A stretch of DNA of 56,960 bases, the filler included, from Sphacelaria rigidula (lineage: Eukaryota), in assembly GCA_964200075.2 (NCBI GenBank). It is 3 parts of 3 records of this genome, joined end to end, with 100 filler letters (N's around TTAATTAATTAA, not from the genome) between each part and the next. Parts side by side here need not be neighbours in the genome. Positions count along the whole stretch, not along the records: positions 19,029 to 37,949 come from CAXNAA020000764.1; 2 more parts are not named here. One strand, 5' to 3'. Positions 22,263 through 32,800 of the stretch are shown one piece after another. Positions within the stretch are counted from its first letter, which is position 1. Each line of letters opens with the position of its first letter. The position numbers were made by a program, and so were the translations under genes. The notes beneath the pieces were generated by a model. That model was not told where the DNA came from. It made no database searches and was given only the letters and a program-made list of their open reading frames with translations.

Positions 22263-25200
22263 GGGGATTATACCGTGCGGGTCTAGAAGATTGGTGCCTG
22301 GTAGGGCACTCCTGATAATGAGATGTTGTAAAGGCTGACAGCGGAAACTGAGGCTAGTTAGACTGGGGAGTCCCTCAACAGCAATGATCCACCAGTTCTT
22401 CTTCTGGCTGGCGTTACAACATCGATATTAGTGTTCGTGCTAGAACTAGTACCTAGCAGAACCTGCTGGAAGGATTTCGGCGGAGGAGTCTAGCAGCTGA
22501 CAAGCTGGAGTATCACGGACGCGTGAAAGGGGTTCAAGCTGATGGTAGCTGCTGAAAGGCGCCTGATCTGTGATTGATCCAGACTGGAAACTTGCAAAAG
22601 CTGCGTGCAGCGGGAGTTCGGAGGCTCCCATGACTGTGTGGTGCGGCGACGAAGCAAGGAAGTGTGCAATTCGCGAAGGTCTGTTGGCCTGCGAAAGGTT
22701 CGCAGGTAGCCGACTGTAGCTATGGCAACCGGCTCGCGTAGTACGTCCAGCGTGAAACCCGTGGTTATGCGGGAAGAGTTGCGACCTCCCCAATACTGGA
22801 ATAGGTACTTCGAAAGTGCATCTCGCACCTTCTATACGAAGTACGCGGAGTACAGAAATCGTGTGGAGCACGCTAACGCAGGAGATGCAGTGCGACATCA
22901 GTTAGTGTCGATGACTCAACAGGTGCCGACGCATGTGCAAAGAGTGTTTGCGCGTGTGAAACATGATCAGAGCACAGTAATCCCGCCGCAATTGATTGAG
23001 GCGATCAAAAGCATGCCCGGCATGCGGCGGGCACTTGCCACTGTTGTGGCCAGGTCGGCCATTACGCGCGCGATTGCCCAACGTTTTCCGGTGGAGAGTC
23101 TGGGCAGCCTTATGCCGCGTGTCATCAGCATCGTCAGCATAAGGGCAAAGGAAGAGGTAATCAGGGTGGTGGCGGCGGCAGATCCTCCGGTGGTGGAGGG
23201 TCGCAGTGGAGCTCTCTGCAGCAGCAGCAGCAGCAGCAGCAGAATCAGCAGCAAGGTTAGCGACGTCAGCATGGGTCTGGCTCTGGGTCCGGCGCCGCCG
23301 TAGGTGCTGCTGCTCCGCAACGGGCGGTGCAGGTGGGACTGGCTTCTGTAGTGTCGAACACTGCGCCGGCGCCGCACCGGTGGCGACACCGGCAGCAGCG
23401 CCAGGCGCGACGCCTGCTGAAGCGCTGGTCGGAGTTCCGCCAAATTCGTGGTCTCCTGGCTGGGGGTCGTACCCGGCAGCGGTCAGTTTGAATCTGCCGG
23501 GACGTCTTCGCCCGCGCAGCTTGCGCAGCCGTAGTTTCAAGTGGGATTAGCGGCGAATCGGTCGGCGAATATAGCGCCCGTGGAGTTTGCCGACAAATAC
23601 TTTCCTGCGAAGCTCTGTCTTTCAAATCAACGGGAACGTGGAGTCATTGAGGTTCGGGCTGTGTGGAATTCTGGCGCCCACTTCACGGGTCATGTGAGTC
23701 TGTCGGTACAGATTATAGAGGTGTTGGAGCGTCTTCTCCCTGGTGTGCCGCTGTGCATTCCGTTTTCGCTCGGGGCGCGGCAGGCCGTCACCGCGTCGGG
23801 TCAGCATGTTTACGTCACAGAGCGTACTGTTTCGCTGCAGTTGACTTTCACGACTTCCTGGGGGCTGGCGCCGTTGCTTGCGATCTCGTTTGCGATCATG
23901 CCGGGATCGGATGGCGTCGATCTTCTGGGGGTTGTCGACGCTGTAGGATCTTGGAGTCGACCCGTATGCGCGGTTGTGGGTCTCCATGAAGACGCGGATG
24001 TCTCCGCCTGGTCCGCGCATGGAGAGGCCCGCCTTTTTGGGTAGGCGTCGCGTGAGCTTGTCGGTGAATGCTTTCCAGGAGGCTGGGAGGCAGGTGACCG
24101 AGGAGCGGGATGAGGCGGTGAAACGCTTAGTGGAGCGCGACCCGGGGATGTTCATGGATCCGGCGGAAGAGGAGTCCGCTCGGACTATCGCGCTTGAGGA
24201 GAACGTGACGGATGCTGTGGCGAAAGGTCTCAGCGTTTTCAAAGCGGAGCGCCTGAGCTGCATATTGCACCGCCGCGTCAACGCGTTTCGTCGTGCGCGG
24301 TGATCCCCCTGCGCGCGTGGGAGCCCATGCGTGCTCAGCTTAAACCTGGGGCGCCCTCGGTGGAGATGAAGCCGCGGCGGTATGATCCGGTGAAGTCGAG
24401 TTGGTTGGCGTCATGCATGGTGGCTCTATTGGCGCTCGGGTTGGTGTTACGGAACTTGAAGGCGGGGTGGTCCAGTCCGGATATGGCGGTTCCGAAGAAG
24501 GCTGCATCGTGGACGGAGGGCAGGCTGCCGGCGTGGGCAATAGCGAGGGATCTGGTGGCTCACACCGTGACGCTGTTTTATCCTCGTCCTGATTGTCAGG
24601 TGCTGAGGTTTCCGGACGCATCTGGATGTCATTGGGGTAGTCTTTTCACGCAGGTGCCTGCAGTTGAAATTCAAAGGCGCTTGCCGGTTGAGGATATGGC
24701 GCATGAACCGCTGGATTTCCTCAGTGGTAAGTTCAAGGGTCCGCAGTTGCGTCGGGTCACGATTAACAAGGAAAGTTTTGCTATCGTGAGCAATTTTCGT
24801 GCCGTTTGGATCATCGTTTGTCGGATGACGTGTAATTTTTCACGGATCACCGATATCTCATGTATATTTTCAACCCGAAAGCGTGCGTTACGTCTGTGTC
24901 GAAGGCACTGGCACAGCGTTAGGAGGGTTGGAAAGCTGTTCTTGGCCAGTTTCGTTACTCGATTTGCCATATTGTGGGTGACCGCGACGCGTGGGGTGAC
25001 TTGCTTTCGCGTTGGCTGAATATTCCGGCTATGCCTGTGCGCGCTGTGGCTGTGTATGGTCCGTGTGAACCTGAGGACTCGATGCCGTCCAAATCTGTTG
25101 TCCGCGAAGCGCAACGAAAAGACCTCGTGGCCGAAGATGCGGATGTGCAATCTTTCGAGTCGAACATTGGTACTGCTATCTTGGACAGTGAAGGCCTGTT

Positions 25201-25662
25201 TCTTGTGCATGTGCGTGGCCGGGATGTTTTGTGGATTCTGAGTTCTGACAAGCAGTTGCAGGTACGTCTGATGATTTGCGCGTACATGCGCGACGCCGGG
25301 CATCGTGGTGTGGCTGCGACGCACGTGCGCTTGCAAGAGGTTTGGGTCTGGCAGGAGATAGAAACTCATGTGCGCAAAATTGTCCGCCAGTGTCTTCACT
25401 GTGCTGACTCGAGGGCGAGGAATGTTGTTCCTCGCCCGCTCGGTGAAACGGTCCATGGGCCATGCCGAATGAAGTCGTTGATTTTTACTTCTTGTACGTG
25501 GGCGAGATTGGCCCGCTAGCTTCCCAAGGTTTGTCGAAGGATGCTGGGTTTCGATACATTTAGGTAATCATGGATAATTTGAGCAACTTCGTGTCTCTGG
25601 AACCAGTAGCAGTGTGTACTGCTAAACCGACTGCTGTATCTTTGCTAAATTAGTGCAAAACT

Positions 25663-26637
25663 TTGGGGGTGCCGCGTGTGTGGGTGAGTGATACCGCCAC
25701 GCATTTCAAGAATGCGATCTTGGTCCGATTGCGAGACAGTTCACACGTTGACCACCAGTTTGCGGTGGCGTATTTTCCGTGGTCTAACGGCACGTGCAAA
25801 CGCGTGGTGAAGGAAGTAGTTCGTGCTCTTCGCTCTATTCTTCTCGAGCAGCGTAGAGCGGTTTCCGAGTGGATGGATGTCTTGCCTGCGGTGCAATGGG
25901 CGCTCAGTACAAAGTATCGTCGTCGTTACGGTAGTACACCGTACCACGTGATGTTTGGTCGTACTCCACGGACGTCTTTCTCAGTGTCGGCGTCTTCTTC
26001 GGCGGGGAAATGGAATTGTGCTGTTCTGGACAATGGTCTAATTAAGCGTGCATTGCAAGAAATCTTGGAATTACAAGAACGTTTCCAAGTTCAAGTGCAG
26101 GAACGTGTTGCCGCTGAACGTGCACGAAGGCGTGAGGGGTTCTCGTCGGGGCCGGAACTGCCGAATTTTGAGGTAGGTGACTATGTCTTGTATAAACGCG
26201 TGCGTCGTCCGGGAGTCACGCCCAAGTTGATGGCGAAGTGGACTGGTCCATGGAGAGTGGTTGGTGCTCACCACCCGCACGTGTTTGAGATTCAGAATAT
26301 TGTTTCGTGTCGTGTTCAGACCGCCCATATAGCTCGTTTGCGTTTTTATGTAGACTCGCAGCTCAATATTACGGCTGACGTTAAGGACGTGTTCCAGCAT
26401 GCTTTCAATCAGGGGCAATTTTGGATGGCTGGTACTGTCCGAGTGGCAGAAGCAGACGATCGTTCGTTGATCGTGTTCGTCGGCTGGGTTGGTTTCGAAG
26501 TTGAGGAGCGTACGTGGGAGCCTTTCAAGGTTATTCTTGAGGCCGCTCCCGAATTTCGTACGAAGGAGTTGCATAAATTTCGCGTGACTCGTGCCGTTGC
26601 TGCTCGCATTTCGAGTGAGCTTGGTATCCAGTTGTGA
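25663..26637 (+). pseudogene. pol: Gypsy integrase core, GPY/F-like segment and C-terminal chromodomain
   Basis: GVPRVWVSDTATHF, YFPWSNGTCKR, FEVGDYVL, WTGPWRV, WVGFEVEERTWEP. Confidence 0.9.
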
Positions 26638-26711
26638 CTCACTCATACTTTTGATGTTTTCTATGTGCCAAGCTTATTGATCGGTTTTCGTCAAACGCGC
26701 TTTAGGGGTGC

Positions 26712-26980
26712 TGTGAAGAAAGTACGCCGTTACATCGAGTTGGTGGTGATGATATGTGTAATGACCGGGGGCATGGGGAGTCTGGGAGGACTCTTGGAGG
26801 ATTCTGGATAATGACCGTGGACACGAGGATGATACCCTGCGGGCCTAGAAGATTGGTGCCTGGTAGGGCACTCCTGATGATGAGATGTTGTAACGGCTGA
26901 CAACTGAAACTGAGGCCAGTAAGACTGGAGAGTCCCTCAACAGCAGTGATCCACCAGTTCTTCTTCTGGCTGGCGTCACA
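26712..26980 (+). repeat. 3' LTR (269 bp)
   Basis: TG...CA termini; the 3' half matches 22263-22418. Confidence 0.88.
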
Positions 26981-27689
26981 ATACATACTACAAAGGCACG
27001 AAAATGACGGGGGGTGGCTGTATAAGCTGGTTTGTTTGCTGCCTCGTCTGCGGATTGTAAATATAGAAAACGAGTCGTAAGCACGCTGCACGATGCAGCG
27101 ATACAGCCCACTCCGAAACCAGTTCCCAACACTGCCACGAAGGCGTGATAGCTGGTTCAGACTGGATGAAGCACCTCTCAAGGGCGCTTGTGGCGAAACA
27201 ACCCCAAGGGTGGGAGTTTCCACCGTCTCGTTGTGTGTGTGTCCAGCTTTGTTTTTGTCCGTTTCACCCAACTGACTGTATTTCCCCCCGGGGCTGCCAG
27301 GAGCTTAGTAGGCGTAGTACCCCGCTGCTACATTTTCCCTGCTCTTCACTTCGAAAATATGCATGTTCGTAAACGGTCAGCACCGTACTTGCGTCAGCGG
27401 CAGTTGCGCGACGGGGACATCGCCCTGTTACGCGTTCTGTAGCGCGTAAAGGCACGTCCTGTTCAAAACATATCGCACCCTGACGATGTTTTTTCTTTTG
27501 AACTGCTCGTCATACTTGGGCTGCCGTACATAAACTTCTGGGTTAGGGTTACATTGCCGAAACTGCTTGCGTATCTCGAGCCTTTTGGACGAAATAAATG
27601 AAATTTCGAGGACGAATTCAACCTCTTCCAAATGATGAACCTCAAATTCGACTCCACGCTGTTTACCGGTAGCTGTTAACAAGTACTCA

Positions 27690-27970
27690 TGCCACACAAA
27701 TTCGGAGTTCGATAAACGAAATGTTGGGGTCCTAGACGAGAAACCAATTCCGGGGAATTTCGGCGATCCGATCGGAACACCTTAATTCCACGAAATTTTT
27801 CCTCCATATAGGACCCCAACATTTCGGTTATCGAAATCCAAATTTGTATGGCGTGTATTACTTGATAATAGAATGCAATCATATTTCGAAGATTTTGTGT
27901 GGACTCGAAGATTTTAGTCCTCCGCGTTCTCACCCTCAATGAAAAGCTCCATCGTCAATTTAGATGATCG
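27690..27970. mobile_element. Partial diverged copy of the foldback MITE at 31751-32189
   Basis: Shares AGGACCCCAACATTTCGGTTATCGA and CATATTTCGAAGATTT; internal inverted repeat CGAAATGTTGGGGTCCTA / TAGGACCCCAACATTTCG. Confidence 0.8.
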
Positions 27971-28139
27971 GCTATTTATTGTATCATTGCGTAAACAAGT
28001 CACTCTGTCAGAAATTTGACGTATGTTTAGCGTCATTGGTGGGGATAACGAACAAGTAGCCTACCAAGGTATTTTAAATCATGGAGTAGTCAGATTGTAA
28101 TAGCCATTAGACCCCTCCATCAGCCAAAGCCAACGTCGG

Positions 28140-28630
28140 CGGGAGAAAAACACCTTCCCATAAGTACAATACGTTGAAGAAACAGACACGATACAGAAAA
28201 CTATCTTGTTGCGGAAAAGTCAATTTTCGGCACATGTTTGTGTAGAGTGTCACATGTTGACAAGTACGCCTGATTGACGGCCGTCGTAAAACAAAACGTT
28301 TCGCCTACCCAACGATCTACGGAATAGTCCGACCGTCCACGAGTGGTTGGATGTCGGTAGACGTTGAAAAAACACAATTTAACCACGCACAACCGTCGGA
28401 AATAAGTTCGAGACGGATAGCGACACGCTTTTGAACCACGGCAAGCACTGAGAGAAAAGGGACCAACGCAGTCCGCTCCCTTGGTAGTCGCCCGTTCGGA
28501 CGAAAGCGAGAGGGTGCGCAGACAAACTGGAGGATAAAGTCCAGTCGGATACCCCGTCACGTCACTTCGCTGCCAATAACCCCAACAAGTACACCACCGA
28601 CCTACTTTCAGAGGTGATTGGTCGTATGCA
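28140..28630 (+). repeat. Dispersed repeat, diverged copy of 41640-42160
   Basis: Colinear shared blocks TGAACCACG, GGACCAACGCAGTCC, AACTGGAG, CCGTCACGT, CCAATAA. Confidence 0.65.
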
Positions 28631-28707
28631 TCGACTGTTACGAAAATTGATCAGAACAAAGCGAATGGCGGCGGGCTGTGACCTTGTAGGCTTTAGTGGT
28701 CCAGATA

Positions 28708-28970
28708 CTCTCTACGATAGCCCCCCTTCCCCTAAATGTGTCTGGTTTGGGGAGGCAAACTCTATACATACGTGTATCGAAATGGGAAAAGCCGAGCACA
28801 ACGAACAGCTGGGAATTCCCACGCTTGGGTTCGTTCTCGTCAATGTCGCCCATATGAGGTGCTTCATGCAGCCTGGACGCATTCATGAGGTATGACCATT
28901 TTTCGTGACGATGACCATTTGTTTCGTGACACTTTTGAGCTGGTTGTTTTGGGGGGGCTATCGTAGAAAG
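28708..28970. mobile_element. Tc1/mariner-type MITE with TA TSD
   Basis: TIR CTCTCTACGATAGCCCCCC / GGGGGGCTATCGTAGAAAG (one mismatch), flanked by TA at 28706-28707 and 28971-28972. The reconstructed empty site is AGATATCT. Confidence 0.75.
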
Positions 28971-29302
28971 TATCTCCACCTGCTCGAAAAACTGGGCCCT
29001 TTTTTCCCCAGTGATTGAACTTCATGTATGTCGAGTATTTGTCATGAGGTAAAGAGGCGTTAATAGACAAATATTCGGGACCGTATGATGGCAAGTCTAA
29101 TCAGGCTTGATCAGATCGGATGTGAGTTCGATAAAAAAAGGAAATAGGCAGTGATTCCTGTAGCCATCCCAGCTACTTGCGACGTGAAGCTTGCTGCAAA
29201 GTTAGCTATAGTTGGGCGAGGGACGTGAAAAAGCATTGGTCAGAGCAATAACGAATAGTCTATGAGTGAACAACAGTCTCGCGATCAAGTGGATATCAAC
29301 CT

Positions 29303-29412
29303 CACGGGTGGCCACTGGGGCGCCTGCAACCTCAAATTTGGACGTCATAGACCTTGTGCAAGGTCCGTAACGTCCAAATTTGAGGTTGCAGGCGCCCCAG
29401 TGGCCACGAGTG
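29303..29412. repeat. 110-bp near-perfect palindrome (mini-MITE or hairpin RNA)
   Basis: 38-bp perfect stem GTGGCCACTGGGGCGCCTGCAACCTCAAATTTGGACGT with its reverse complement; inner GACCTTG/CAAGGTC; CAC...GTG ends flanked by CT on both sides. Confidence 0.9.
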
Positions 29413-29899
29413 CTACTATTGTGTGAAACTATCTTGTGGTGTAGCTCGATTCGGACACGACCCACAAATCTGCACGGATCGCTGATTGATCCATCTGCAT
29501 AGCTTGCTGTGTGTTTTATTGTTTCACGCTTACCAACCTCTTGGCAATTGACGTCCACTTGGATTGTCTGCTTGACTAGACGGCTTGCTTTCCCCTTTCA
29601 GAATAGAGGAGTTGTTTCCTTCTCAACGGTTTGTACTTCCTTCTTGTTGTGACAGCCCACGCTGTTTACCCCGTTACCGCAGCTTTGTTGTGCATTTTTC
29701 CTTTTTTGCGTAAGTCAGTTGGTTTTTTTTATGCGGCAGTTTTAATAGCACCCATATCGTGTAGATGCACATCAGTTGTCTCAGTAGCGCGCCTTTTGTT
29801 GTTGGTCCCTTCGCTGTTTTCTCCGCTGCCACACGCCCTTATCTGAATCGGGTTTCTCACGCGCATCCAGACGCGCTGCTCCTGCTTCTCCTTGTACTC

Positions 29900-32800
29900 G
29901 TCCCCTTTAACCCTCTTCCCGCTTGGTCGCGGACTACTTTCGATAATTCAAGCTCCTCGTTTCTAGAACTATGGGAGTAGGCCGCCAGACCGGCCCGTCA
30001 GACGCAATTTGTCAGTCAGACGCGAGGAATAGTGTTTCCGAGCAGTTTCCCACACTGATGCCGTCGCTGTTTCCAGGTGCTCCAGGACCGCGAAGTGTCT
30101 TATCCCTCTGTGGATGCGATGTGGAGTGCGTTCGTACATCGAGAGAATAACTTGATGCCAGCCCTTCGCGGCGAGAAGTATTTTCCTGTGCGTTCTCAGT
30201 CTGCTTCTGTGTTTCCCTCGACCCCTTCAGCGTCCCGTAGCCGGTCGAACGCTCCGCCTCTACCATCATAGGTGCCCGCCTCAGTCGCTGGCTCCGTCAT
30301 GAACGTTGCAAACATGAGAGACCCGTTTCGCGCCGGTTTTGATGGCTGGCCGTTCTATGCTGAGACTTGGGATGATGTTTATACCGTCTCCAACTCAGCA
30401 TTTACAACAGATGATCCACATTTGTGGAAACCACTTCCCTCGTCTTCTGCTAGACAAGATGCCTTCAGTCACCATGTGAATAGGTGCATCAACTGTAACA
30501 CCCAAGGCCATAGTATGCGCGATTGTACTTGCCCTTGTATCAACGCTTTCGACCTCATGAGCCCTGAACTGCAAGAGAATGAACCAGCGTGGCGCCGGTG
30601 GTAGCGACATATGGGTAATTACCGAACACCCAACGGTAATTCTCGCCATCCTTCCAACAACCGCGACAACACTCGCTGACATCGCGACCGTCGCAACAAT
30701 ACCTATGGCAACTCTTGTTCTCAGTGAAGGGATGGCCCTTCTCGCCGTCACCAGCGTTCCGCTGATGGACACCAGCGCATGGGGCTGAATCACGATAACT
30801 CGAACCCCAACACCAGAAACCCTGGCTCATTTATGACTGATCGTACTGATTCATGACGTACCAACGCCGACGTTTTTACGTCTTCGGCGCCACCGACAGC
30901 ACACACGAAGACTACTTCAACACCACCCGCGGCGCGAGTGAAAAAAAGTTCCCACTCAGTCTCCCCGGCACTATGCAGGAGCACTAATGACGGCCGTTCA
31001 TATCGATCCCCGCCTTCACCTCTCCACATACAGCGTAACAGTTGCGTTGACTCACAACTTAGCTCTACGCTCGACTCTGGACTTAGTTCTTCAGAACTGA
31101 GTGTAAATCTGGTGTGTGGGAATACCAACCGCCCGTCACTGAGGCAAGGGCTTCCCCCAGCGACCGCACGCACAGGAAGTAGTGTACTTCGTTCAACTAA
31201 TCCAAGTGTCGCTGGTCTGAAATTGACCATTTCGAGTCATGTAGCACCCACCCAGTTCGATCGAGTTCGTTCTTCGCCTTCATTGCACCACGCGAAGCTA
31301 CCCCTGACTGGTTCTCACAACAACCGCCGAAATTCACGTGCGGCAATGACTCCTCAGTTTCCAGCGGAGCGTCCACAATCTTCGCCCGAGTATGCCAGGA
31401 TGCTAACCTCTTCTACTGGATGCAGCTGTGGTTTCCTCAAACACCTTGGAAGTTCCCCGCCTATTGTCACGGCGAGAGAGGAAGCTCCGTCAATATGCCC
31501 CCACGGAAGCGCGTGCATTGACACGTACACCTCTCTCGAGCGGAAAACCTCGACCTCATTCTCTCCAAAATGCGACGACTCTGAGCTCGATGGTTCTATC
31601 AGGCATCACAAAACGATCCACATCGGATATTTCTAGTGCTTTTGCCCATTCAATGGACAAGCCTAGCAAGCGTCGAACAACATGGATCCAATCTACACGT
31701 TGATCGCTGTCTTCCCAAGAGTGTCATCTATAAAGTTGCTCATGACCAGTAACACGGGATGTTACAAATTTGATATGAATCTTTCATTGAGGATGAGAAA
31801 CCCGGAGAACTAAAATCTTCGTATCTATACCAAAACTTCGAAATATGGTTCCATTTTTCACCTACTGATAGCTTTTGACAACTGCTACACGCCATACACA
31901 TTTGGGTCTCGATTACCGAAATGTTGCGGTCCTACGTGAAAAATCAGTTTCGGAACCATTTTGGCATCCGTTCGGACATTCAAGATTCCCCAAAATTAGT
32001 TTTTCACCTAGGACCCCAACATTTCGGTTATCGAGATCCAGTTACGACGTGTAGCAGATGTCAAAAGCTATCAGTTGGTGAAACAATGGAACCATATTTC
32101 GAAGATTTGGTGTGGATACGAGGATTTTAATTCTCCGGGTTTCTCATCCACAATAAAAGACCCATCCCCAATTTGTAAAATCCCGTGTTCAGTCGAGCTG
32201 TGCTAACCCCAGGGATCACATCCCTTTCACCATATTTTCTAGTAAGAAACCTGACTCATCGGCGGATCACCCGCAGTCCGTTTTCGCTGTGAGCCCTTCC
32301 GACCCCCACCAACTTACCTTAGCTGAACATGGTCCAGATCTTGTCGGCGGTAAAGTGTCTGTCAACCCTGCCACTTTTACTACTCGCGTAGCGATCCACT
32401 GTGGCCCATACGCCACTACGTCTGCCAAGTGTGTCTCTTTGTTGGATAGTGGCAGTCCACAAACATTTATTCGTGGATCAATGTGGGGACACAGTATAAC
32501 GGATTGGCGCTGCTTCAGCAGCTTGTGAAATCACCACCAAGCCCAGTGTATGGGGCCGTTTGTGACTCCACCGCACTTTTGGCTATACAGAAAACGGTAC
32601 GTCTCAATGTGCAATTATTTCACAACACAAGCCGTTCTGCTAGCCTTGCAGTCTGGGCATATATTGTTTCCGACAGTACCATGACTCACGCCTTGTAACT
32701 GGGCAGAGATGGTGACATGCGGTGAGATTAAGGCACCTACCGCACGCTATCACCATTATCACCACACTCCGCGCCTTCTGGAGAACTCAACCTTGAACGC

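Larger units (their letters stand above)
22260..26980 (+). mobile_element. Ty3/Gypsy chromovirus-like LTR retrotransposon, RT core deleted, 5' LTR truncated
   Basis: LTR similarity between 22263-22418 and 26826-26980. 3' LTR is TGTGA..TCACA (26712-26980) after TTTAGGGGTGC. Gag-like 22722-23303; protease WNSGA (for DSGA); RT N-terminus (KPRRY, WSSP..VPKK) joined directly to RNase H (FPDASG, INKESFAIV); integrase HHCC and core; WTGPWRV; chromodomain (VGWVGFEVEERTWEP). Confidence 0.93.
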
